A stretch of 64,000 bases of DNA from the human T2T-CHM13v2.0 reference genome, Homo sapiens (GCF_009914755.1 NC_060948.1); one strand, 5' to 3'; shown: positions 26,231 to 40,227, numbered from the stretch's first letter. The notes: generated from the letters alone by a model not told the origin. Program-made: numbers and translations.

Positions 26231-26965
26231 TATTAATTGGGGTTCTTCAAATGACAGAATGTACCCAAGAACTCATCTATAAATGTATGTATGTATATAT
26301 GTATGTATGTATCTCTGTATGTATGTATGTATCGTCTATCATCTATCTATCTATCTTTGTCCATTTGTGTTGGTATAAAAAATAACATATGTCATTATAA
26401 ACAATAGATTATATTGTGTATAATATAAAGCTCTGGAGGCTGGGAATTCCAAGATCAAGATGCTAACAGGTTTGGTGTTGTATGAGGGCTGCTATTTGCT
26501 TCCAAAGTGGCATTTTGTTGCTGTACCCTCTGAAGGGAACAAACACTGTGTTCACATGGTGGAAGTGATGCAAGGGCAATAGTGTCAAATGCTGTGTAAA
26601 GTCTTTTGTAATAAAGGATTTAATCACTCACAAGGGCTAATGACCTAATTACCTTAATTACCTTCTAAATGTTCCACCTCTTAATAATATTGCACTGGAA
26701 TAGTAGTATGTTTCAACAAATTTTGAAGGGACACAACCATTCAAACCATAGCTCACTCACTCTGTCTATCTATGTATCTATCTATGTATCTATCTATCTA
26801 TCTATGTATCTATCTATCTATCTATTATCTATCTATCAATCATCTATTGAAAGAGAATGCGAAAGAGAAAAATTTACTTTAATGACTTGATTCATGTAAT
26901 TGTGGTGTCTGGCATGTTTGAATTCCATATGGTGAGATGGCAGACAGGAAACTTAGGCAAGAGTT
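26231..26965 (-). mobile_element. MLT2 LTR relic with (TATG)/(TATC)n, split by a nested MST/MLT1A LTR at about 26355-26752
   Basis: TATTAATTGGGGTTCTTC start; CTCTGGAGGCTGGGAATTCCAAGATCAAG and GACACAACCATTCAAACCATAGC of the nested MaLR; (TATC)n on both sides. Confidence 0.7.
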
Positions 26966-27134
26966 TCACAGATTCCTCTTTTGCTGCTTCTTAGTGTGAA
27001 GGTTTATTCTTTGGACTTTCATGATAAACAAAAGCTATGCACTTCTGTATTCCAGTCAGCAAGCAATAATTATCTGATGGTGTACAGAGCATATAATACC
27101 CATTGAGAATGGATTCTAAAGACATTCAAGAGGG

Positions 27135-27350
27135 TCCCTGTGCTAGTTATAAAGCATTTATCTCTCAGTTCCAAATTCACCATTTGTATTCTTCCTAGTG
27201 ATGATGGGGCACATATCTTTCTACTTTGTCAGCTGACTCTCCATTTACTGCTACCAATCGGTGGCCTAGAAGATATTGGGAGACAGGAAGAGGTGAGAAA
27301 GAACATACTACATCCTGTAAGTTTGCTATTGCTGTCTCCTTCACTCCAGC
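27135..27350. mobile_element. Old ERVL LTR fragment (LTR33-like)
   Basis: TGTGCTAGTTATAAA..TCTCAGTTCCAAATTCACC resembles the LTR33 terminus as recalled. Confidence 0.45.
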
Positions 27351-28106
27351 AATGGTACTTAACCTAGTAACATCAGTTGGTTCCAGTGTCTATGTGTCCT
27401 ACCTGCACACTTAGTGATCTTTGCCAGACCAACTTGTTTTTAGCCCCAACATTCTTGCTCCACAACAGGATTGGGGTCCCAGACACTCCAGTAAGCTCTT
27501 CCTGGAAGTACCTCTTTGAAAAGGGGTACTGGGTTAGATATGATAGCATTTATATTTTGTGCTATGACACACATTGTGACATAAGCATGTGAAATTTCTT
27601 ATTATTTTATTTCCTAGGGTTAATTTTGTGTATGTGTATGAAGACAAAAGATAAGACATCTTTTATTTTGGTAGCTACCAAGATACCTAAGATTGCTTGA
27701 CCAGTATTTGCTGACAACAGCAAATAATGTTATTTTACAAGGCCTCTTTAAAAATGTTAGCTTTCTGAAACTAAAACATTTATTTAAACCTCAGACAAAT
27801 AACACACACTTTACCACCACTCCTTCCCCATTCATTTGTATCATCAGTTAAAAAACCTTAGAAAACATAAAACTTAAATGTTCATTTTAACTGAAGCCTT
27901 GTGGCTAACAACCACAGTTTATAAATGGCACTTTGGTATTTTGAAGCTAAACATTACACTAACTCTATGCAAAAGCATAGAGTTCAAAAGCATTTCTGTT
28001 CAAAAGCAGAAAAGATAATGAATATATATAGTGTCAGTCATCACACCTGGATATGACTAGATTTTTTTTAAGCAGATGAAGAGGAAGGTCAGAAAGTCAA
28101 ATGTGT

Positions 28107-28211
28107 CAGTGAGCCGAGATCGTGCTACTGCACTTCAGCTTGGGTGACAGAGCAAGACTCCGTCTCAAACAAAACAAAATAAAACAAAACAAAACACAAC
28201 AAAACAAAAAA
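28107..28211 (+). mobile_element. Alu 3' fragment with (AAAAC)n tail
   Basis: CAGTGAGCCGAGATCGTG..GCAAGACTCCGTCTC followed by AAAAC repeats. Confidence 0.9.
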
Positions 28212-29046
28212 AGCTTTGTGAGGACTTATCAAAAAGCTGAGTCAAAGTCTGAATATTCAAAGTCAAAGGCTGAATGTTCTCCTGACTGTAGGGAGGAGAG
28301 GGAAGGACTTTAATATGACCAAAGTTATAAACCAAGTCAGTATTTGGGAGAATTCACAGAAACCTCTGCTTTGGTTCCAGGTTTATATATCTTTAAATCT
28401 TATTACAAATTAAATTTTATCTGAATGTTTTAGTAAAGAAACATAAATCCTTGTTGTGAAATCACTATTTATATATCCTTGTACCTCCTTCCTTTGATAT
28501 CAGGCATCATTTCCATGCAGATAGATCCCACTGTACATTGACTTAGTTTCTAGTTTCTGATTTCCAAATCTGGTTGAATAGTTTCACCTTGAGACACCAC
28601 TGCCTCCACAATATTTTTCTTCTGAATAAGCACAAATGACAATAGTTTAAAAAACATGAATATATGACCAAGTTGATAATAAGTGCTTTACCTGAGAATT
28701 CAAAATCATAAAAATCCCTATGACCTAGAAAATACTATAATCCATATTTCACAGAGATGAAACTACAGGTTAGAAGTTAAATAGTCTTGTCTAGGTCACA
28801 TCTTTAGAGCAAAGATGGACCTAGAGTCCCAAAGGTAAGCTGTCTGAAGAAAAGTAGGCTTAATTTATTTCCATCATGAAAATCACATACAACTTATTTG
28901 TGTCACACTTACTGGGCAGCTCTTCCTGATTCAATAATTCTTAACCCTCAGGCAGGGCAAGCAGGTTTTTGAACAGCTTGATCTATTGCCCATTTCTCAT
29001 GTTCATACTGTATTTCAGCCAACCTGATTATGCCTTCCTCTTTGTA

Positions 29047-29330
29047 ATTTTTTTAAAGACAAGGTCTCACTCTATTGCCCAGGATGGAGTGCAATAGTGC
29101 GATCAGAGCTCACTATAACCCCAAACTCCTGGACTCAAGCAATCTGCCCTCAGACTCCCAAGTAGCTGGGATTAGAGGTGTGCTCTAGTAGGCTCAACTA
29201 ATTTTTAAATTTTCTGTAGAGATGGGGTTTTGCTGTGTTGCCCAGGCTGACCTCAAACTTTTACCCTCAAGTGAATCTGCTTTATCCTCCCAAAGTGCTG
29301 GGGTTACAGTCATGAGTCACTGCATCTGGC
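29047..29330 (-). mobile_element. AluJ
   Basis: AGACAAGGTCTCACTCTATTGCCCAGG; CCTCCCAAAGTGCTGGG. Confidence 0.88.
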
Positions 29331-29367
29331 ACTGTTCTTTGTATTTTCACTTAGAACAATTAACATG

Positions 29368-29545
29368 AGTCCTGGAATGGCAGCTCACACCTGTAATCCC
29401 AGCTACTCAGGAGGCTGAGATGGGAGGATCTCTTGAGACCAGGTAGTTAAGGCTGCAGTGAGCTGAGATCATGCCACTGCACTCTAGACTGGGTGACAGA
29501 GCAAGACTCTGTCTCAAAACAACAAAAACTCCAAAAACCAAAAAG
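29368..29545 (+). mobile_element. Alu right monomer (FRAM-like)
   Basis: CACCTGTAATCCCAGCTACTCAGGAGGCTGAG ... GCAAGACTCTGTCTC. Confidence 0.85.
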
Positions 29546-30577
29546 AACAGACCAATTCACATGACTATACATTTCCATTCTACATAGTTACAGATATTAA
29601 AAGCAGGACATAATTTAAGATTAACTTAAATATTACTTTTTCCACATGGCTTTCTTGATTCTCTTAGCCCAAATCACATGGCTTCCTCTGAATTTGAGGA
29701 AGTTATTGATACCATGTGCTTCCTAGTATCCACAATGGAATTTCTCTTTAGCAGACTTTATATGAAAAACACCCCATAATTAATGGGGAATGTCTCCAGA
29801 AATGCTAAATAAGGACTTCCACTTTGGTTAAGAAAGTTCTTATTGTTTCCAGTAAGGCATATGCAATTTATCTATTTATATCCTGAACCATGATTTGTGG
29901 TGGAATATTACCACCACCTGCTTTATTACTTGTCAAAAAGAGTCCCAATACTGAAGCTTCTAATGAGTGATTGTCAAGTGTTATCCAACCTCCATAAGTT
30001 AGAGATAGATCGGAATTACCTGTGTGTTGTTTTGAGGTTGTTGACTCACCCACTTCATGCTGAGATGGAAGTGGGACATAATCCCTGATTTCAAACAACA
30101 GTTATATTGACCTGTTGTTAGCAGTGAGAATCTGTTATTTTTTTTAGGGAGGAAGGCAAGTTGCTTTGAGAAAAATCTTTAATGAACCATATGTCTAAAG
30201 TACAACTACCTTAACTTTATGTTAGCAATCAAAGTATATATAATTCCATTAGTAGATAAAATTTATTCTTTGAATTTTTTTTCTCAAATCTGCATTTTTG
30301 TTTTTCTCATTATTTTCTTATGTCCTCATTTTTACTTGATAGCTCAAATATTCTTGGCTTTTTTCTGCTTCTGGTTATTTAGAAATTATGCCAAAGAAAA
30401 TATATTTGGATACTCAGCTCTAAAATACTATCACCTGCCCTCCCCCACCCCATAGTAATGAGAGATTTAGCATAATCTTCAGCAACATTTAACTTCACTT
30501 TGCATAGATTAGGGTTAAAACAAATTGATTTTTTGGATCAAGACTAGTGTAACCACATTAGTTACAATATAATATAG

Positions 30578-30815
30578 TGGCAGGTGGATCATGAGGTCAG
30601 GAGATTGAGATCATCCTGGCCAACATAGTGAAACCCCATATCTACTAAAAATACAAAAATTAGCTGGGTGTGGTGGTGCACTCCTGTAGTCCCAGCTACC
30701 TGGGAGGCTGATGCAGGAGAAACACTTGAATCCAGGAGGGGGAGGTTGCAGTGAGCCAAAATGGTGTCACTGCCTTCCTGCCTGGCAAAACAGTGTGACT
30801 CTGTCTCAAAAACAA

Positions 30816-30818
<3 letters not shown>
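30578..30818 (+). mobile_element. 5'-truncated AluS (Sc-like)
   Basis: GGATCATGAGGTCAGGAGATTGAGATCATCCTGGCCAAC. Confidence 0.88.

Positions 30819-30884
<66 letters not shown>
30819..30884. repeat. (TA)23(CA)10 microsatellite at the Alu tail
   Basis: Direct reading. Confidence 0.95.
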
Positions 30885-31819
30885 TACATAATGTATATAT
30901 ATTATATATGTTACATATAACATGTTTCATTATATTATAATGTTTACATGCTACATCGTCCTTTTCTCTTCTAAGATTTAGTTTTGGCTCTTGTGTATTG
31001 CTTAGTTACCATATCATCCAGTTTTCAGACATTAGACAAGAGTTTCACTGTTTTATTGCTCACTGACATTTTGTTTATAGGTATAACTTCTCTTCATGGG
31101 TATACTAATCTGATTCATTGATTAGCCTACCGGAGTACTTGAGTATTTTAAAGGGCAGTATCCATATGAAATTCTTGCATGACAGAATACTTTCCTTGTT
31201 TGGTTGTAGAATTTGTAGGTTACAGTGCTAGGTCCCCAAATCCCCATTTCCTTTTCACAGCTTATACTTCAAAGAAGAAATCTGGACCTAACTTGATGTT
31301 TTCCTGGGGATAATATGACTTCTTAAAGATATGGAGGATTGAAGTCTTGGTGTTTTTTATGGCTCTGAACTTAAGCATTTTCTCAAGATATATTTAGGCA
31401 TGGGTTTATTTTAATTAATTCAGAGTACGCTCTGACATGAAGATGAAAGACCTCTTTTTTTATATTATGACATTGTAGCTTAGCTAACTCTATCATTATC
31501 TCTAATTCCTTTCTTCTTAATTTGCCTTTTTTCCAAAGACTTTGAAAATAATTAAATGTACCTACCTCTTCTACAGCTAGGAGTGTTCACGTGCTATGAG
31601 AGTGACCAAGGAAACATATGTATCATCTATTGTTGTCCATTTGTCTTTTCCCTTTTTTTTCTGCTTAGAAATTTGGCACAATATCTATAGGCTCAGCAGA
31701 CATTCGATGACCATGCAGATACATGGGTGTAATGAAATAAGGAGTCTATGTCACAGGTACATTTCTTGAGCAGCCACAAACACACCAATCCCTATACTTC
31801 CAAGAGATGAATCAACTCT

Positions 31820-31885
31820 ATATTAATCAGTTTTCTCTAGAGAAACAGAACCAATAGTATGTATATATATATAGATAGATAGATA

Positions 31886-31925
<40 letters not shown>

Positions 31926-32498
31926 ACAGATAGATGACAGGTAGATATGTAGAGAGAGAGATAGATAAAGACATAGAGAGATAGGGATTTATTGGAGGAG
32001 TTGGCTCAGACAAATAGGAGGCTGAGAAGTCCCACCACAGGCTATCTGCAAGCTGGAGAACCAGGGAAGTTAAATACATGGCTCCATCCAAACTTCCCTC
32101 AAAATCAGGGAAGCTGATGATATTTCAGTGCTGGAGGCCTGTGATCCTGCAGATAATGGTCAGGGTGAGATGGGAGTTGTTGGCTTATGTCCTGGAGTCT
32201 AAAGGCTGGAGAAGCTGGGTTGTTGGTGTTCAAGGACAGGAGAAGGATCTCCCAGCTCCACAAGAGAAGGATAATGTAGTTACATTTGCCTTTCTCTGTC
32301 TTTTATTCTACCCAGGCCTATAGGTGATTGAATGGTGCCTACCCACACTGGATGATGGTGGATCCTTACTCAGTCCATTGATTGAAATGCCAATTTCATC
32401 CAAAAAATCTCTGACAAGAACACCCTAAAATCATGCTTGAAGAGCTCTCTGGGTATCTCTCAATCCACTCAAGTTGATATCTAAAACTAACCATCACA
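31820..32498 (-). mobile_element. MLT2 (C/D-like) ERVL solo LTR with internal (GATA)n at about 31870-31935
   Basis: TCTAGAGAAACAGAACCAATAG; GGCTGAGAAGTCCCAC; end AAGTTGATATCTAAAACTAACCATCACA. Confidence 0.88.
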
Positions 32499-32848
32499 AA
32501 CCCCTGGTCTATTTAAGTTACCCTGGGAGAGCTTTCTGTGACTCACAGCCAAAGGATATTGTAACAGCCAAAGGAAGTCCTGACACATGGTTTTTCATAT
32601 ATCTGTGTTTGGAGTCAATATCACATACTCTGTATCTACTACTGTATCTAGGAGGAAAGTCATGGTGGGCTTCTAGTCTTCACATTTACACATGAAGTTC
32701 AAAGATCCTAATAGAAAACTATCAATTGTACATTTAAATAAGGCACCCATAAAGATATTTTGTAACATATAAGCTCTAGGCCATTCACCCTTGGAGTTAT
32801 GTAGCTTCAATGCTACAAAAATTTTTCAGTGATAAGAATGGCTTTGCA

Positions 32849-33202
<354 letters not shown>

Positions 33203-33961
33203 CTATGTGTAAAACATGTTTCAGGGTTTGCAATTAGTAGCTTCCATCCCAGGCCATTCAGGGAAGAAAATGCAACTACTGAGGATACTCTAATCAGCAG
33301 TGACATGCATTTGAAATACCATATCTAAATAATTTGGTGTTGGACTAGTAATTGAGAGACAGATCCATACAGTGAGAAGAATGTCAGCAAAATGGCCCAG
33401 ATAGACATGGAAATTCAGTTGATGTTAGTATTATATTTTAGAAACATGAATAATTTGAAAACAAAAACAGGTTTTTGGGCAACTAAAGAGCCATTTGGAA
33501 AAACAACCCAGCTGGTATTCATTTCTTAAAATTTGCACCAAAATAAAATTGAATGTAATGTAAACATGTATTTAAAAAATGAAAATATGAGAAATTGTTT
33601 GATAACTTTTTTTGTGGAGGGGAGAGAGGCTTGGAAAAAGCTATTTAATCACTATATTAAGCCCAAAAGTCAAAAAGAAAATGTTTTGTAAGTTGTTTTC
33701 TTCCAAAGAGTGAAGTCTCAGTCTCTCTGTCTCTCTCTCTCTGTCTCTCTCTCTCTCTCTGTCACCATCACATTAGCAATCCAAAAGGTAAATAAACATT
33801 TGTCGGGAAAAATAGTACTTACAACAATGTGTGTAATTAAGGTGTTTTTTGCTCTAAAATAAGGTCTTTTACAAATAAACAAGAAAAATATTGCAACTCA
33901 AGTCAAATATGGACAAAAGTATGAACAGGAAGTTTAAGGAAACTAAAGTATCTGTGGTGAA

Positions 33962-34593
33962 TGACAAAGATTCTCTGTCTGTCCAAACTGTAGTCAGGCT
34001 TCCGAACCTTCTCCAAGGCCCACATGTGTACTTCCCTGTAAAATCCAGTTTTAGCACAGAACCCTGCTAAGTCAGCTTGGCAGGAACTCCTAACCCTTAG
34101 TATCTGGTCAACCTCAATATCTCAGTTAGTTCCTCATCCTCCACCCACTCCAGGTGATATCTGGTCACCCTCGCCTTTCTTCAGCTAGAATCCTGTTAGA
34201 TGGGTTTAACCAGAATCTCCATTATCCCTGATATTTTGAAACTCTTAGCCATTTTCCAACCAATGTCCAAATTTCTGCTGACCCTCCCCCTGCTCTTTGA
34301 CCATAAATTCCCACTTGCCCATGCTGTATTCAGAGTTGATCCCAATCTTTCTCCCCGACTGCAAGACTCCATACTGTCTTTCTACACCTTCTTCTCTCTT
34401 CTCCCTCCTTCATTTCTCCCTGTTCTCCACCCTGTCTCTTCCTCCTCCTTTCCCCCAGGCAAGGCAAATTTCCAGAAAGAATTGGAAACCACTGGTTTCC
34501 ATGGCTACGGCCACTACACCTAACTCAAAAATCCTGAATAAACTCTTCCTTACTTTGCTTTCACAAGTATCATTGAATATTTTCTCTTTAACG
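33962..34593 (+). mobile_element. ERV1 solo LTR (MER67/MER31 group) carrying a foreign insert of about 125 bp, nested in an old L1M
   Basis: TGACAAAGATTCTCTG..CCAAACT start; AATAAA at about 34537; TTTAAC end; TSD TGAA at 33958-33961 and 34594-34597. Confidence 0.85.
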
Positions 34594-35688
34594 TGAATAT
34601 ACATAGAAGATATTCAATTATTTGCAAGATTAAAGAAAATTTTAAAAAACACGATGCTTTTTACACCTATTAGATTAGCCAGGATCAAAAACAGGGTAAT
34701 CTCAGTGTTGACGAAAAACGCAGGTGAAGACTAGGCAGGGCCACAATGCCCTTGTTCACTGAACCCTGCCTGGAAACCACCTCCCTGGTCATTCTCCAGG
34801 CTGTGCTGTAGCTTGGGCAAGAACTGACCTTGACAGAGACCCCGAGATTAAAAAGCCAGTCATGCGTCTCTGCCCTTGTTCATTCCCAATGAAATGATTT
34901 ATGGTATAACACAATGCATGCTTATATGTTTATTATTAGAAGTGAGCAACACAAACTGTGATTTGCTTTTCAGGTTTTTAAAAATAAAAACTGCCAGCAA
35001 GGTGTTAAAATTAGTACAAGACACAGCAGCTGTTCAACTCATTTTTTCAAATTATTTCCGTATATGGCTTACAAAGTACTGCCACTCTGAGGTAAATGCA
35101 GTCCTGTAGATTGTAAGCATTTAAGCTGTGTGACAGATGGCCGCTCCTCATTTCTTGATGTGTTTTGCAATGGAAATTTAATGTGGAAAACACTAATAAT
35201 AATGTTTTAATTTAGTGCCTTTTCCCTGGGAGCTTCAAACACTTGACAAACATTACATAATTAATGGTTAAATGTTACACAAACATCCACAGGAAGTGGG
35301 AAAGAAGAAAGGAATTGAAGCGTCATTCTGTGGTTGCAAACAAGTAGTGTGTTCACATGCAGGTGCTCATCCTATACAAAGAGAACTTAACTTACAAAGC
35401 AGCAGTTTCCAATTTTTCCTGGATATTCGCATCGCATGGGAGAAAGGAGGAGGAAGAGACAGGGTGGAGGAAGAAGAGACAGCCTGCAGGACAGGGACAA
35501 AGGATGGAGGGAGAAGAGAGAATAAGAAGAAAGGCAAGAGGAAACAGCGTTCTAATCTGCAACAAACACCCTTCCCCCCCAATTTATTTCCCATGAGTTT
35601 GGGGACATGATTCTCTTTTTAATCATAGCTAGTATGTCTAATAGATGACACACATCTCCATCTTTATGTTCAGATGCTCCACCCTAAT

Positions 35689-36111
35689 TGTGATGGTTAA
35701 TACTGGGTGTCAATTTGATTGGATTGAAGGATACATCTATCCTGGGTGTGTCTGTGAGGGTGTTGCCAAAAGAGATTAACATTTGAGTCAGTGGGCTGAG
35801 GAAGGAACATCCACCCTTAATCTGGTGGGCACAGTCTAATCAGCTGCCAGTGGATATAAACCAGGCAGAAAAATGTAAAAAGGAGAGACCTGCCTAGGTT
35901 TCCAGCCTATTTCTTTCTCCCATGTTGGATGCTTCCTGCCCTCAAACATGAGGATCCAAGTTCTTTGGGACTCAAACTAGCTTTCTTGCTCCTGAGCTTG
36001 CAGACAGCCTATTGTGGAACATTGTGATTATGGTAAGTTAATACTTTATAAATTCCACTTCATATATAGATCCCATTATTTATGTTCCGCTAGAGAATCC
36101 TGACTAATACA
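35689..36111 (+). mobile_element. MLT2A ERVL solo LTR
   Basis: TGTGATGGTTAATACTGGGTGTCAATTTGATTGGATTGAAGGAT ... CCTGACTAATACA; TSD CTAAT at 35684-35688 and 36112-36116. Confidence 0.95.
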
Positions 36112-36203
36112 CTAATTTATAAAGTCCATGACAACTCAAACACACTTGCCGAATCCTCCATTAAAGACCACATTAACATTCAAATTCCTTCTTAAGAGAT
36201 AGT

Positions 36204-36547
<344 letters not shown>

Positions 36548-37480
36548 TTACGACAACCTTCAGTCTTGCTTGTCTCACCAATGTGGTGAGTTTTAGTGCT
36601 GCATGAAGCTAAAGTAATGCCTATGAATGGAGGATGTGGACCATATTCCTTCTTTGGCCAAAGGCAGAATAAACCCAGGATTGCACAGAATCATAAAATC
36701 CTGAGATGCAGGAAAAAATATGGTTCCCTTCAGTGGATTCCTTTCATTCAAAACCCCAAAGCAAGCCTTCAGAAGGATTTTATAAATATCATTTTGTGTG
36801 AAGATTAATAGATAAATAAGAAGAACTTCATTTACAGAAAAAGTGCTTTTTGTTTGTAAACTGTAAGTGGCTCTCATGACTGTTTGAGAATGAAATGCAG
36901 CTATAGGAATGCCAAATTTTCCTAATAAATCAATATATAATTGTTGCTGCTGTGACTGCACAAAATTAATGAATAGAATAGCTTTGAGCAGCTTTATTTG
37001 TAGGTCCTTCTGTTTGACACACAATCAATCTACTTATTCAATGATCAGGCCTGGGAAACTGCCTGAAAACCAAAACATCCAAAGCTGAGCAGTTTCTAAA
37101 CAATAATACTAAAGAGAGATGAATTCCTACCTCACAGCCAAATGTAACTCTGAAATGAAGCTGCTTGATGAGAGATATCTCATCCTTGTAACAGAGTTTT
37201 TAAAAATCTGTTCATTTCATCTTGAGTACATTTTTCTGCAAAGGCTGGTTTGAATAGTTATATGATCCAGCATATCACTGTGCTACATGCAGTGACGGGC
37301 AATGTTAAAAATGGATAAAATGTCTGTGTTCAAATTCCAACTATGAATCTTCCAGTGGGATATCGCTGGACAATACTTTGGTAGTGCAGTTATTCTACAA
37401 AAAAAAAAAAAAAAAGCATTTTCCTTAAAGAAGAGTTGAAATGGTGCTCTGGTTTGATGACATGGGAGTCTGTAGAATTC

Positions 37481-37784
37481 TTTTTTTGTTTGTTTTGTTA
37501 TAAGACAGAATCTCACTGTGTTGCCCAGGCTGGAGTATGGTGGCATGATCTTGGCCCACTGCAACTTCCACCTCCCAGGTTCAGGTGATTCTCCTGCCTC
37601 AGCCTCCTGAATAGCTGGGATTACAGGTGTTCACCACCATGCCCAGATAATTTTTGTATTTTTAGTAGAGAAGTGGTTTCTCCATGTTGAACAGGCTTGT
37701 CTCGAACTCCTGACCTCAAATGATTCACCTGCCTCAGCCTCCCGAAATGCTGGGATTACAGGTGCAAGCCACCATGCCCTGTCT
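37481..37784 (-). mobile_element. AluS
   Basis: Full dimer; TSD GGGAGTCTGTAGAATTCT / GGGAGTCTTCAGAATTCT. Confidence 0.93.
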
Positions 37785-37929
37785 GGGAGTCTTCAGAATT
37801 CTAATGAGTGATATGAAATGATACTAAAAAATATATGTAATCCAAATCATCACCATGCCTAAGGCTAATTTTTTTTTTTTTTTGGTTTTGTTTTAGCAGC
37901 ACATGAAGTTCTTCATGGCTTCAGTAGAA

Positions 37930-38110
37930 ACCAGATATCTTCAATCTTGTCACTTTTGGCATTTGGGGCTGAATAGTTTTGTTGGGGGAACAACCTTCTG
38001 CATTGTAGGATATTTGAAAGAGTCCCTGGTCCCTACCCAATGCTGGTAGCACTTTTTCTCTCCAGTTATGAAAACAAATAATGTCTCCACACATTGCTGA
38101 TTGTCCCGCA
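37930..38110. mobile_element. MER20 hAT DNA transposon relic
   Basis: CTTCAATCTTGTCACTTTTGGCATTTGGGGCTGAATA; TGCATTGTAGGATATTT; AATGTCTCCACACATTGC. Confidence 0.7.
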
Positions 38111-38686
38111 TAAAGTGTATGTGTACCCATATACAAAATCCCCTTATCTGAGAAGGTCTAATATAAATAACACAATTTGTATGATTATTTAAATAGAAAT
38201 TTATTTGCTGTACTTCTAAATATCGACGTTCTTGAAATTCAATACAATCTTATGAGTTCTTCTTCTACATATGATTCCATTCTCATTGTCTTCTCTTAAG
38301 TTGTTATGAAAAACACTCCAGCATTTTTTAAATGCTTTGAGAAACATTGTGCATGCCTTTCTCCCTCAATGTCCCTATTCTTGTATCTGGATTCTTCATG
38401 TCTCTGTTAAGACCAGAATGCTGTTTATCCTCTCAGAGTGACTTACATTAAATTTGAGCAATGAAAATGTTATTTTTAGAAAAGGACTTTGGTGGAATTT
38501 TGAAAAAATATATACAGTAGTTAAAGTGCATTTGGCTTCATTGGTGTGTTAGAAATGAAATGTTGAGGATATATGTTAGGTACAGACATTTTAGTACTAC
38601 AATTCTTCAAGATTTTTGCTTGGCTTTAGTTAAAATGTAATTAGAGTTCAAACGAGGAAGGCATTGCAATGTATTTACTGAACTTT

Positions 38687-38994
38687 CTTTCTATTATTTT
38701 CTTTTTTTCTTTTTGAGACAGGGTCTAACTATATTGGCCAGGCTGAGTGCAGTAACATGATCATGGCTTACTGCAGCCTTGACTTTCCAGGCTCAAGCAA
38801 TGCTACTGTTTTAAACTCCTGAGTAGCTGGGATCACATGTGCATATTACCATGCCTGGCTGACCTTAAAAATTTTTGCAGAGATGAAGTATCACTATGTT
38901 TCTCAGGCTGGTCTTAAACTCCTGTCCTCAAGCAGTCCTCCCCTTTTGGCTTCCCCAAATGCTAGGATTACAGGCATGAGCCACTGTGCCTAGC
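38687..38994 (-). mobile_element. AluJ
   Basis: GAGACAGGGTCT; TSD TATTTACTGAACTTT / TATTTATTGAACTTT. Confidence 0.92.
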
Positions 38995-39689
38995 TATTTA
39001 TTGAACTTTGCCCCATAGTTGAGCACTCTGTGGTTGCCAAAAGCAAGTTTCACCTATCTCCTGGCATCTTTAAGATGATCATTGATAAGATGGACTTATA
39101 ACATACTCAGAGTACATTTGAGGATAAGGAACCACCACCTGGGCAGACCAAATCAATCAACATGAGAGCTCTTGGAACTGGAGAGGGCTGGGATCATATT
39201 CTGGACCTGCCATTGATTGTCTATGTGACCGTGAATCAAAATGGCTTCCCTCTCTACGTGTCACTTTCTGCAACTGAAAAGTGGGATTATGAGATGCGTT
39301 CTCCATGATTTTATTAGGAATAATAAAAGGCCTCTGCAAAGTAGCTATGTTTGGCACACAGCAGTGGCTGGGTACATGCTGCTTCTCCTACACACCAAGA
39401 TGCAGGATAACCGACTTGGTCAGGGAGAGAGGGCATAGAGAACAGAAGTTTCACCCTGTACTTGGCTGAAACCTCAGGTATGAACAGCTCAGACAGGAGT
39501 GGGGCTCAGAGGCAATTCATCCTGTATTCTGAAGGGCAGCTAAATTTCAGTTGAAAAGGTGGAGTCTGGAAGCCATGCAAAAGACCTGCAGTCTCCTGGT
39601 GAGAAAGATGATAAACATGTAGAAATGTAGATTAATCACTCTGAAAGACAAGGACCCTCATTGTTCCCAAGGCAAGAACAATTTCTTTC

Positions 39690-40130
39690 TTTCTTTTTTT
39701 AACCAGCTGTATTGATGTATAATTTATATAGCATAGTACTCACATGTTTAATGACTTTTAACAATTTATAGAGTTGTGCACCCACCACCAAAATTCAACT
39801 GGAGAAAATTCCCATTGTCCTAAAAAATCACTTGTGCCTATGCATAGTCAATTCCTTCCTCCACCTCCAGCTCCTGGCAACCACTAATCTACTTTCTGTG
39901 TCTACAAATTTGCCTATCCTGGACTTTTAATGTAAAAGGATTTATGAACTCCAGCCTGGGTGACACATTGAGACTCTGCCTTAAAAATAAAAAGAAAAAA
40001 GAAAAAAGGATTTATGCAATTTGCAGTTGTGTTTTTGTCTGGTCTGGCTTTTTCACGCAGTGCAATACGTTTGAGGGACACCCATGGTATAGGGTAGGTT
40101 CATCTGCATTTCAGTATTTTATTTCTTTTT
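39690..40130 (-). mobile_element. L1MB-type 3' end, interrupted by a micro-Alu
   Basis: AGAGTTGTGCACCCACCACC; CCTGGCAACCACTAATCTACTTTCTGTGTCT. Confidence 0.8.
39947..40003 (+). mobile_element. Extremely 5'-truncated Alu (about 35 nt plus A-rich tail)
   Basis: ACTCCAGCCTGGGTGACACATTGAGACTCTGCC; perfect 13-bp TSD AAAAGGATTTATG at 39934-39946 and 40004-40016. Confidence 0.9.
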
Positions 40131-40227
40131 AACGATGTACTCACATTGCACCAATTACCCTAAAATTTTAGATTTGGTATCTATATGAGTGAAATTTTAA
40201 TAAGACTAATGTCAGGTTACTTAGACT

